A DNA stretch of 39,586 nucleotides, taken from the IMG/VR virus record IMGVR_UViG_3300020325_000030, positions 1 to 39,586 of that record; one strand, 5' to 3'. Of the stretch, positions 29,556 through 36,263 are shown piece after piece. The stretch is from a virus (taxonomy: Duplodnaviria; Caudoviricetes). Below the pieces are notes generated by a model that saw only the letters and a program-made list of their open reading frames with translations, had not been told where the DNA came from and made no database searches. The position numbers and the translations under genes were made by a program. Within the stretch, counting starts at the first letter, position 1. Each line of letters begins with the position of its first letter.

Positions 29556-31457
29556 TTATTTCCTCTGTAATGCTCCGTTTGAATAACTTGAAGTGTAGTA
29601 ATCTCTTGTAAATGAGACGCCTGAAATATCTTCACCAGATGCGATAACATCTTTAACCATATTTATCGCGCTATTGGAGATGTTAAATGATAAGTACAAA
29701 TCTTTAAGACCTACAACATCATTCGATTCTGGGAACGCCTGAATCTCAATAATATCGTTTGGTCTAGATGTTTCGGTAATGTTTACCGTATTCAGAATAA
29801 TTTCTCCCTTCTTATAATCTACTGTTCCTGCTTCTTTAGCAACAACAATCTTATTTCCATCAGCATCGACTTTGATAATAGCAATTGTTCCTTTTTCAGT
29901 ATCAATTGGATTATCTGTTAGGAATACTGTTGAAGATTCTCCAGCAATTTTAAATCCAGTAGACTTAATATTCAATCCACTTGGATTAGCATGGAATCTA
30001 TTACCAAAACAGAGTTCATACTGTGCAAATTGATTCTTGAGTGCCTTCAAGTCTCTTCTAATTCTAACCTTTGTGATGTTAGAGGTGATAGCATCATCAA
30101 CACGGTCAATCAATTGAAGAACTTTACTGTACTTAAATCGACCACCAAAGCGATTCATATCAACATCTTTGGAATATGTCGTCAAAGCACCAATAATATT
30201 GGATCTCAACTCATCAACATTAGAAACTTGATTAGCATTGAAGTAAATTGTTGATTCAAGTTCAACATAAAGTACTTTCAAGTCAACAATCTTTTGATTA
30301 ATACCTGCAATAGAGTATTGCTTGATCTTATTCAGAATATTTTGCTTATCAAAGTCAGAAACATATGTACCATTCTTAGGTTTGATACTAATCTGCACAC
30401 TACCAAACTGTGGTGGTGATAATTCTTCTCCACCAACTACTGCAACAGACTCTGTGTTGGGATATACAGAAGCAATGATTGCTTCATAATCTCTAGCAGT
30501 AACCGCTCTGTACTGCGCTGAATAGAGTCTAGGAGCGAAGTACTTGATAGACGATAAACCCTCTGCCTCACCACCGTTCTGCGCCTTCTGGACGGTTGTA
30601 ACGGGCACTGAGGCGCTAGGAATGACTCTGATTCCACCATCATCGATAAAGTTGCCTTGGAAATCAAAAAATGCAGGTCCATTACCTGCTTCACCGTCAG
30701 TTACGATATAACGAACCGTTATAACAGCGTTATTTTCTAACTTTTTACCAAAATATCCGTCACCAAACAACAATTCAAAGCGTTCTTCCTGTACTTCTTG
30801 AATCAGGAAGATTTCAGAGGTCTTATCAATGTTCAAAATGTTATCAACCATCTTGAATTCACGTCCAAGACCAGTATCATTGATACCTTTTACAAAAACA
30901 GTGATGGTTGAAGTGTCAATATTGGGATTATCAAGGATAAAACGCTGATCTTGTGCCGTATTGACCAAGAATTGTGTAGAGAGTAGCGATCCTTGAAAGA
31001 TTTCTATGGGTTTTGCAGCAGTACCGAACTGTGCTACACCATTATTAACGATAGCACTAATACTTTGAGGTATTGAGAAGCGATAAGAGGTGTTATCTTG
31101 AGCACCAATGCACACTAAACCAGGTTCTAAGGTTATTGCAGTGCTTGATGTGCTTGTTGGTACCGCAAATGTAACGTGCGCCTTAGCAGCAGACTTAGAA
31201 CGGGGGATATAACCAATGTTTCTAGCATGAGAAACCACATTCTCACGAACTGAAGCACCATCCAGGAAGGATTCATTGACTACTAGGTTCGCATTGAATG
31301 CATTAATGTAAGTATTATAAGCAAGCGTATCGATTAAGACAGCAAAATTAGATCCTTCAAAGTCAAAATCCGTGAAATTAGAGTTAGCACGGAGATAATC
31401 TTTGATTTGAACCTTAATCTGGTCAAAATCTAAGTTAGTAAACTGAGTAAAAGGCAT
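29556..31457 (-). CDS. gp6: Baseplate wedge subunit gp6
   Basis: LDFDQIK, FTDFDFEGSNF..LID.LAYNT, FGDG..GKK and QYRAVTARDY motifs. Confidence 0.95.
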   Translation of the reverse strand: MPFTQFTNLDFDQIKVQIKDYLRANSNFTDFDFEGSNFAVLIDTLAYNTYINAFNANLVVNESFLDGASVRENVVSHARNIGYIPRSKSAAKAHVTFAVPTSTSSTAITLEPGLVCIGAQDNTSYRFSIPQSISAIVNNGVAQFGTAAKPIEIFQGSLLSTQFLVNTAQDQRFILDNPNIDTSTITVFVKGINDTGLGREFKMVDNILNIDKTSEIFLIQEVQEERFELLFGDGYFGKKLENNAVITVRYIVTDGEAGNGPAFFDFQGNFIDDGGIRVIPSASVPVTTVQKAQNGGEAEGLSSIKYFAPRLYSAQYRAVTARDYEAIIASVYPNTESVAVVGGEELSPPQFGSVQISIKPKNGTYVSDFDKQNILNKIKQYSIAGINQKIVDLKVLYVELESTIYFNANQVSNVDELRSNIIGALTTYSKDVDMNRFGGRFKYSKVLQLIDRVDDAITSNITKVRIRRDLKALKNQFAQYELCFGNRFHANPSGLNIKSTGFKIAGESSTVFLTDNPIDTEKGTIAIIKVDADGNKIVVAKEAGTVDYKKGEIILNTVNITETSRPNDIIEIQAFPESNDVVGLKDLYLSFNISNSAINMVKDVIASGEDISGVSFTRDYYTSSYSNGALQRK

Positions 31458-31460
31458 TTT

Positions 31461-31862
31461 TTATCGCGTTGCCTCCAGAATAAAGGAGAAGGCTTGTGGT
31501 GGGAAATCTGAACCAACGATATCAAAGAAAACTTTTACATCAAAACTATTATTATCAGGTTGAGGATCGACTTCAACCTTTAAATTTTCAATTCGATCCT
31601 CATAAAATTCAACAGTGTTCTTAATTTGGTCTTGGATTACAGTAGCAGTACCATAATCAATGAATTCGAAGAGGGAACCACGAATATCAGTACCTAATGT
31701 AGAATTAAAGAACCGTTCAGTAGGTATTGTTTCAACCAAATTACGTACTGATCGAATGATAGCACGTTGATTAATCAATACAGGTAGGTCCTTCGTCACT
31801 GGATGTGGGTCAAAGGCAAAACTAATATCTTTAAATGCTCTAGAAACCCTCTGTGAAGACAT
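31461..31862 (-). CDS. gp25: Baseplate wedge subunit gp25
   Basis: FKDISFAF..HPVTKD, AIIRSVRNLV.T...ERFF and LFE motifs; immediately upstream of gp6. Confidence 0.93.
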   Translation of the reverse strand: MSSQRVSRAFKDISFAFDPHPVTKDLPVLINQRAIIRSVRNLVETIPTERFFNSTLGTDIRGSLFEFIDYGTATVIQDQIKNTVEFYEDRIENLKVEVDPQPDNNSFDVKVFFDIVGSDFPPQAFSFILEATR

Positions 31863-31886
31863 CGTGTGGGTAGATTTTTCTAAATT

Positions 31887-31894
31887 TATTTATA
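31887..31894 (-). promoter_or_regulatory. T4-type late promoter TATAAATA
   Basis: Exact consensus about 25 nt upstream of gp25. Confidence 0.8.
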
Positions 31895-31897
31895 CCC

Positions 31898-32056
31898 TCA
31901 CTCTTGATTTTGTTCCTCCTCAGTCAATTCTTCTGGTGTATCATTGGTTTCGTGGGGTTTACACCAGTAGTCAGTAATCAAACTAGTCGTACCCCACATA
32001 CGGTACATGTATTCAGTATCTCTATCGACATGATACTTAGACATCTGTTTCTCCAT
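31898..32056 (-). CDS. Small hypothetical protein (52 aa)
   Basis: Hand translation MEKQMSKYHVDRDTEYMYRMWGTTSLITDYWCKPHETNDTPEELTEEEQNQE; alternative start at 32044 with GGAG upstream; downstream of ATAAATA at 32101-32107. Confidence 0.65.
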   Translation of the reverse strand: MEKQMSKYHVDRDTEYMYRMWGTTSLITDYWCKPHETNDTPEELTEEEQNQE

Positions 32057-32100
32057 CTTGGTTAAACAGAACTTTTATAGGGGTTTCTATCCCTCATCAA

Positions 32101-32107
32101 TATTTAT
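32101..32107 (-). promoter_or_regulatory. Late promoter-like ATAAATA
   Basis: Directly after an intrinsic terminator and upstream of the 52-aa ORF. Confidence 0.6.
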
Positions 32108-32115
32108 TTTAGGAC

Positions 32116-32142
32116 AAAAAAAGAGGTCGCCCTCAGCGACCT
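32116..32142 (-). terminator. Intrinsic terminator
   Basis: AGGTCGC-TGAGG-GCGACCT stem followed by CTTTTTTT on the minus strand; the loop contains the stop codon of the 48-aa ORF. Confidence 0.85.
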
Positions 32143-32279
32143 TGACCACGATAACGTTTCTTTGCACTATTGCGAGAAGAAGCGGCATATTTCGTGTTTT
32201 TTCCGGACCCTTGACGAGTCTTCTTCGGCTTTGTTTCAATAAAGGTTCCGCCAGTCAATCCAATCTTAGCACGAGCCAT
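32133..32279 (-). CDS. Small highly basic protein (48 aa, KKRYRGQGR C-terminus)
   Basis: Hand translation MARAKIGLTGGTFIETKPKKTRQGSGKNTKYAASSRNSAKKRYRGQGR; tightly packed in the operon. Confidence 0.8.
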   Translation of the reverse strand: MARAKIGLTGGTFIETKPKKTRQGSGKNTKYAASSRNSAKKRYRGQGR

Positions 32280-32285
32280 AATAAC

Positions 32286-32453
32286 TTAGTCTTCCTTAGT
32301 GATTGTAGTAATTAATTCCGAGGGGTTCGGAGACCCAGAAGAGTAGAAATCCTCCGCCAGGTCCATTAGTTTATCAAAGTATTCCTCTTGGGTCAAGCCC
32401 TCAGCAAGAACTTGACCATTATGAGAAATTGTATAGAGTTCCCGCGTACTCAT
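32286..32453 (-). CDS. Small acidic hypothetical protein (55 aa)
   Basis: Hand translation MSTRELYTISHNGQVLAEGLTQEEYFDKLMDLAEDFYSSGSPNPSELITTITKED; TGATG coupling to the glycosyltransferase stop. Confidence 0.8.
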   Translation of the reverse strand: MSTRELYTISHNGQVLAEGLTQEEYFDKLMDLAEDFYSSGSPNPSELITTITKED

Positions 32454-33208
32454 CAGATAACGCGAGTCTTTTCGTGACCAACTCTGATACGAGGGTCACA
32501 CCAAATCTCAAATCCTGCTTCCTTCGCATCAAGACAGAAGGATACATCCTCTCCACACATGTCCTGTACTTCACCAGATTCAAAGACCTGCATCTTAGGT
32601 GCAAACCATGGATACTTAATCTCTTCGTGCTCAAAGACACCCTTCTTAATCAGCAACCATCCAAATCCTGCATAGTCAACTGTAAATGGTTTCTTACGCT
32701 TCGCAATGGTCTCCAAGGTCTCATGGTTCATAACACCACCATTACCACGGAAGTCATCTTCATCCATCCAATGAGCAACAGAAGTAGTCTGACCATCTTC
32801 AGTACAATACCATCCAGATGCAATGTCCTTATCCATCAATACCAATTGATAGAAACGCTCTACGTTAAAGACAATATCACTATCAATCCACAACTGATAA
32901 TCATATTCCAACTTACCATCCCATGGAAGTTGATCAGGTCCACGCAATACATTAGCACCCAGACACTTACAACGTGCAAAGTTCACCATAGACGAATAGT
33001 CTTGTGAAATCTGAATACTTGCTCCACTCTGTACAAGGTCAAAACAAAGTTGTACAAAGTTCTTCAAATACGTATATGATACTCCTCTACCAGGTAGACA
33101 GAAGACTACTGTCTTACCTTTAATCATCTCTCGTGCTTTCGCATAATCCCACTCTGGTTCTTTTGTTGCGGTGGGCGCTTTTGCTTTTACTGTAAATCCT
33201 TTTGCCAT
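32453..33208 (-). CDS. GT-A fold (GT2-like) glycosyltransferase
   Basis: VNFARCK, YDYQLWIDSDI (DxD), YAGFGWLLIKKGVFE, GEDVSFC..AKEAGFEIWCDP and VGHEK motifs. Confidence 0.85.
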   Translation of the reverse strand: MAKGFTVKAKAPTATKEPEWDYAKAREMIKGKTVVFCLPGRGVSYTYLKNFVQLCFDLVQSGASIQISQDYSSMVNFARCKCLGANVLRGPDQLPWDGKLEYDYQLWIDSDIVFNVERFYQLVLMDKDIASGWYCTEDGQTTSVAHWMDEDDFRGNGGVMNHETLETIAKRKKPFTVDYAGFGWLLIKKGVFEHEEIKYPWFAPKMQVFESGEVQDMCGEDVSFCLDAKEAGFEIWCDPRIRVGHEKTRVI

Positions 33209-33246
33209 AATTAGGTCAAGTTTGAATGTGAATCGATTCAGTAGTA

Positions 33247-33275
33247 ATTATACTATGAGATAGACCTTATGTCTA
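33247..33275 (-). promoter_or_regulatory. sigma70-like promoter of the glycosyltransferase operon
   Basis: TAGACA-N17-TATAAT; the -35 box overlaps inverted repeat ATAGAC-N5-GTCTAT (33260-33276). Confidence 0.7.
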
Positions 33276-33277
33276 TA

Positions 33278-33445
33278 CTATAGTTCGGTTACTACGATAG
33301 CATCTCCATCTACTTCCATATTAACTTCAGTACCTTCATACCACCCGAATTCACTGATGATCCACTCAGGTACCTTGATAACATATTCCCCTGTTACTGG
33401 ATCAACCTCTACGGTCGAAAAATTTTCTCCGGGATTTTTTTGCAT
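33278..33445 (-). CDS. AbrB/MazE/SpoVT-like swapped-hairpin protein
   Basis: GEYVIKVPEWIISEFGWYEGTEVNMEVDGDAIVV matches the AbrB/MazE pattern (xIP..i...lg...Gd.v.....dg.ivi). Likely start is MQKN at 33445; the ORF track extends to 33490. Confidence 0.75.
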   Translation of the reverse strand: MQKNPGENFSTVEVDPVTGEYVIKVPEWIISEFGWYEGTEVNMEVDGDAIVVTEL

Positions 33446-33629
33446 ATGAGGTATTCCGTTTCGCACTTTTGTTTTATATAGAAGAGTCATGTGTTATACA
33501 AAGACCTCGCAAAAGCAAGACTTTATAGCTTACAGGGACCCATGGATTTTATATACGGGGGGGCACACGGGCACCGCCCGCCACGCGGCGGGGACGGGGG
33601 CACTGCCCTATCACGAACCCACTGCAGGG

Positions 33630-33839
33630 TCAACCGAACACCAGGTCGGCAATCATCTGTCCGATGAGGTCACAGCGCCAGGTCTCCAACTCACCCAGGT
33701 CGATGCGCTCACCACACAGATGGGCATAATCCTGAGCGAACTGCGGCACGAAGTTCAGGTCCTGGTCAGCATCCCAAACGAATTGGACTGCCTCACTCCA
33801 GGAGATGGTGCCGTTAGCGTCAGGGGTTGGAAAGGTCAT
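33630..33839 (-). CDS. Small early hypothetical protein (69 aa)
   Basis: Likely start MTFPTPDANG at 33839, downstream of extended -10 TGgTATGAT (33862-33870) and an A/C-rich leader. The longer ORF-track start lies inside the upstream gene. Confidence 0.7.
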   Translation of the reverse strand: MTFPTPDANGTISWSEAVQFVWDADQDLNFVPQFAQDYAHLCGERIDLGELETWRCDLIGQMIADLVFG

Positions 33840-33879
33840 CGGGTTGTTTGTTGTTGCACGAATCATACCACGGAACGGG

Positions 33880-34632
33880 TCAAAACTCCAGGACCTCCAC
33901 ACCGTCAGCAGTCGCCACCAACCGGTCCACACGGTCCTGCTGCAACTTCAGAACGATTTGAGAATTCCTGTTCGCTTTGCTCAACCCCAGAAATGCCTTC
34001 ACACCGTTGTTGCTGGTGACGCGAATCCGGAGACCACAATCCACGATGTCGTCGCCTTTCACCAGCACAACCTTCCGGGAGGTCATCCCACGACCAGCAA
34101 CCAACACGGCAGAATAACCGTCACGGAGCAGGCGGGAGACTTGCAGAGCGTCATGGTCACACACGAAGCAACGGCGGGCGCTGGTGTCGGTGACCGCCAT
34201 GATCATGCCGTGATTAGCAGTTACGACCTGCTCACGAACCCAAGCGGTCAGCGTGTCGGACGTGATAAAGTCCAGGGCGTCAGAGCAAACCTCATTCAGC
34301 AGGTCGCGGGTCTCCTCTACCATGGCGGTGCGCTGCTCTTTATCCCAACCACGGGCGGCGGAGATAAAAGCACGGAAGTCGTCAAAGCGGGCGGAGTCCA
34401 GCAGGTCGTCGGTTTTGCTGGTGTTCACCCAGTCAAAGGAACCGTTCTTCAGTCCTGCTTTGTGCTTGATGCTGATGGGGGTAGCACCCGCCATGGCGTC
34501 CGCTTTGTGCTTGGTACCGCCCAGGTGGGTGACGGTTTCGGTGAACAGGTTGGAAGCGTTAAGCAGAGCAATGGTGTCGTGCTCGTTAGCAACGCCTTCG
34601 TGATGAACTGAACCGTTGGTTTGGAATCCCAT
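33880..34632 (-). CDS. PD-(D/E)XK nuclease, type II restriction endonuclease-like (MspI/HinP1I-like pattern)
   Basis: EGVANE...HLGGTKHKADA..G.TPISIK fits the E...K(A/T)D...(S/Q)xK catalytic arrangement. Start placed at MGFQ (34632) because a promoter lies within the extra 24 codons of the ORF-track call (34704). Confidence 0.65.
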   Translation of the reverse strand: MGFQTNGSVHHEGVANEHDTIALLNASNLFTETVTHLGGTKHKADAMAGATPISIKHKAGLKNGSFDWVNTSKTDDLLDSARFDDFRAFISAARGWDKEQRTAMVEETRDLLNEVCSDALDFITSDTLTAWVREQVVTANHGMIMAVTDTSARRCFVCDHDALQVSRLLRDGYSAVLVAGRGMTSRKVVLVKGDDIVDCGLRIRVTSNNGVKAFLGLSKANRNSQIVLKLQQDRVDRLVATADGVEVLEF

Positions 34633-34671
34633 GTTTGAAGCGGGTGAGCGCCACCCGTCTGAACTGAAAGT

Positions 34672-34700
34672 AATATAAGCGAAAGCAGGGGTCAGGTCAA
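34672..34700 (-). promoter_or_regulatory. sigma70-like early promoter
   Basis: TTGACC-N17-TATATT; CGGGTG/CACCCG hairpin in the leader (34641-34657). Confidence 0.75.
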
Positions 34701-34707
34701 GCATTCC

Positions 34708-34727
34708 GGACGGTTCCCCTACTGTCC
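34708..34727. promoter_or_regulatory. 20-bp palindromic upstream element
   Basis: GGACGGT-N6-ACTGTCC, 7 bp upstream of the -35 box; related copies at 35375, 35591, 35853, 36102 and 36261. Confidence 0.6.
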
Positions 34728-34804
34728 ACCCTTCCCCCCTTTGGTTTTTTAAGGCGTGCTAGGATGAAGGCAGAGCCTACGGGCAGCCGCCCTGAGTATC
34801 AAAT

Positions 34805-34825
34805 AAGGGGGATTATTTCCCCCTT
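34805..34825 (-). terminator. Hairpin / probable terminator after the ArdA-like gene
   Basis: AAGGGGG-N7-CCCCCTT stem just downstream of the stop, with A/T-rich flanks but only a short U tract. Confidence 0.6.
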
Positions 34826-34833
34826 AAATGTTA

Positions 34834-35310
34834 TCACCAGTTGCTGGCGAAAATGTAACCGTCCTGCTCATCGTAGTCGTAGCAGAGTTGCTGCCAGGTT
34901 GCTTCCCAATCAACACAAACGAAGGCAGGAATGTCCAGGCAATAGCAATCAGTGGTCAACTGTTCTGCAAACTCTGCACCAGACATTTCGCCTTGGTAAG
35001 CATCAGTGAAGGACTCCAGATTCTCCTCTCCGTAGAGTTCAATGAATGCCTTAATTGCGTCGGCATCATAATCCTCAAGGAGTTCAGTCAGGATGTCATT
35101 TTGCTCGGGATAATCACCCAGCATTTCTTCCTTCTCAACTGCGGCGGTAGTGATACCACGCGCCTCCAGAATTGCTTCGTAAAATGCAGTGAAAGCAGGT
35201 TTGCCATTCTCCCGAACATAACCGCAGGTCAGACACTGCGTGGTACGGTCGGCGGATTCCATCTTGCGGATCATGTCCAGGAGAGCGGAACCGGTGAGAG
35301 CGTTGGTCAT
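34834..35310 (-). CDS. ardA: Fusion of a cyanobacterial AbrB-like N-terminal helical domain and an ArdA-like antirestriction domain
   Basis: N-terminus LTGSALLDMIRKM....CGYVRENGK..FTAFYEAILEARG resembles the cyAbrB N-region (LTG..LL.kvk.....CGY....G....F..Al.eA.G). The acidic C-terminus DAYQGEM..AEFAEQL...DIPAFVCVDWEATWQQL.YDY...DGYIF resembles ArdA. Confidence 0.7.
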   Translation of the reverse strand: MTNALTGSALLDMIRKMESADRTTQCLTCGYVRENGKPAFTAFYEAILEARGITTAAVEKEEMLGDYPEQNDILTELLEDYDADAIKAFIELYGEENLESFTDAYQGEMSGAEFAEQLTTDCYCLDIPAFVCVDWEATWQQLCYDYDEQDGYIFASNW

Positions 35311-35335
35311 GTGTTGCTTTGTTTGGTATGTGTGA

Positions 35336-35365
35336 ATTATAAGGGGTGGGAGGGGTCAGTGGCGA
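35336..35365 (-). promoter_or_regulatory. sigma70-like early promoter
   Basis: TCGCCA-N18-TATAAT upstream of the ArdA-like gene. Confidence 0.6.
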
Positions 35366-35547
35366 TCACTGATGTTCCAGATTCCCCACTGTCCACCGTC
35401 GGCGGGTTGGGACTCATTCCACTTGCTGAACCACTCGCGGCGCAGTTCACGCTCACGCTTCTCCTGCTCCATCACCTGAAGCGCAATGGCGGAGAGTTTA
35501 GGATTGCTGGCGTAGATGCCGTTGGAATCGAATTGGATTTTGTTCAT
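35356..35547 (-). CDS. Small early hypothetical protein (63 aa), probably leaderless
   Basis: In the ORF track; ATG is 6 nt downstream of the -10 box. Confidence 0.75.
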   Translation of the reverse strand: MNKIQFDSNGIYASNPKLSAIALQVMEQEKRERELRREWFSKWNESQPADGGQWGIWNISDRH

Positions 35548-35553
35548 GTCCGG

Positions 35554-35582
35554 AAGATAGGATGGATTCAGACGAAAGTCAA
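35554..35582 (-). promoter_or_regulatory. sigma70-like early promoter
   Basis: TTGACT-N17-TATCTT. Confidence 0.75.
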
Positions 35583-35590
35583 TAGGTTGG

Positions 35591-35610
35591 GGACGGTTCC
35601 CCGACCGTCA
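35591..35610. promoter_or_regulatory. 20-bp palindromic upstream element
   Basis: GGACGGT-TCCCCG-ACCGTCA, near-identical to 34708-34727, 8 bp upstream of the -35 box. Confidence 0.6.
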
Positions 35611-35772
35611 CATGCCGTTGAGGAAATCCGCCATTGCTTCCTGATACTCCTCATAAGTCGCGAAGCGATCAGCGAACCGAGCGGGAACCTTGCGGTCGCT
35701 CTTGGTTGCGGTAGGGAGGTCACGACCCTTAGCGAGGATCTGTTGAGCGTAGGGGTTTTGTGTTTTGTTCAT
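35608..35772 (-). CDS. Small early hypothetical protein (54 aa)
   Basis: Likely start MNKTQNPY at 35772, 6 nt after TGcAATAGT; the ORF track extends to 35796. Confidence 0.7.
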   Translation of the reverse strand: MNKTQNPYAQQILAKGRDLPTATKSDRKVPARFADRFATYEEYQEAMADFLNGM

Positions 35773-35905
35773 GCTCTTACTATTGCACAGATCCACGGAT
35801 TTGGTAGTTCACGGTGATACAGAACTGCGGAAGAAAACCTTAAGGTTGCTTGTGCCACTCCACCGACTGGAGCGAAGCGGCTGCCTGAGTTTGTGTTATT
35901 TACTC

Positions 35906-36040
35906 TCAGTAATCTGTGTCTCCGTTGATATATTTTTCCACGTCAAATTTTTCTTCTTTCTCCCACTCTTCTTTGAAATCTATCACGTCAAAGATCTCAC
36001 CAGGAGCATCAGCGATTTCAGACCAAAGTTCATCAAACAT
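35906..36040 (-). CDS. Small acidic early protein (44 aa)
   Basis: MFDELWSEIADAPGEIFDVIDFKEEWEKEEKFDVEKYINGDTDY; AGGA RBS and -10 TATTGT (36066-36071) upstream; the ORF track extends to 36124. Confidence 0.7.
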   Translation of the reverse strand: MFDELWSEIADAPGEIFDVIDFKEEWEKEEKFDVEKYINGDTDY

Positions 36041-36101
36041 CGGAAACTTTCCTGAGGACTTGTTAACAATACACCAAGCCGCCGCTCTGTGTGGCAATAG
36101 T

Positions 36102-36121
36102 GGACACCTAAACAAGTGGCA
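36102..36121. promoter_or_regulatory. Palindromic upstream element between divergent promoters
   Basis: GGACACC-N6-AGTGGCA, with -10 boxes about 31-32 bp away on both sides (36066-36071 minus; 36153-36158 plus). Confidence 0.55.
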
Positions 36122-36164
36122 CACGACCGGTTGTGATGGGGTGGCGGGGTGCTATCCTATAGGA

Positions 36165-36235
36165 AATCAGACGAGGCGGGGGGTACCGCTGTAGACGAAA
36201 ATACATCGCCACTGCTCCTGCCTTCCGGTAATCAT
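36165..36235 (+). ncRNA. Candidate structured small RNA
   Basis: Plus-strand promoter TTGTGA-N16-(TGc)TATCCT; stem AGGCGGGGG/CTCCTGCCT with two G-U pairs that only form on the plus strand; inner TGTA/TACA hairpin; no ORF. Confidence 0.45.
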
Positions 36236-36263
36236 AAAAAAACCACCCCCAGGCGGAGGTGGT
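36236..36263 (-). terminator. Intrinsic terminator
   Basis: ACCACCTCC-GCCT-GGGGGTGGT followed by a T run on the minus strand, after ORF 36288-36440. Confidence 0.8.

Noticed and set aside
7926-30694. Many 60-150 aa ORFs nested in the large structural genes
   Set aside because: Off-frame or antisense by-products of long genes; no RBS or motif support.
32453-33445. AbrB/MazE gene plus downstream gene as a toxin-antitoxin pair
   Set aside because: The downstream gene is a GT-A glycosyltransferase with its own promoter, not a known toxin fold.
34828-35817. 329-aa plus-strand ORF (also 33805-34611, 33489-34019 and 32429-33007)
   Set aside because: Antisense shadows of well-supported minus-strand genes. 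The three genes under 34828-35817 happen to share one frame, and GC-rich codon usage leaves few antisense stops; no recognisable motifs.
36165-36235. Hammerhead ribozyme or tRNA
   Set aside because: Has GAAA but lacks the CUGAnGA core; no cloverleaf or T-loop.
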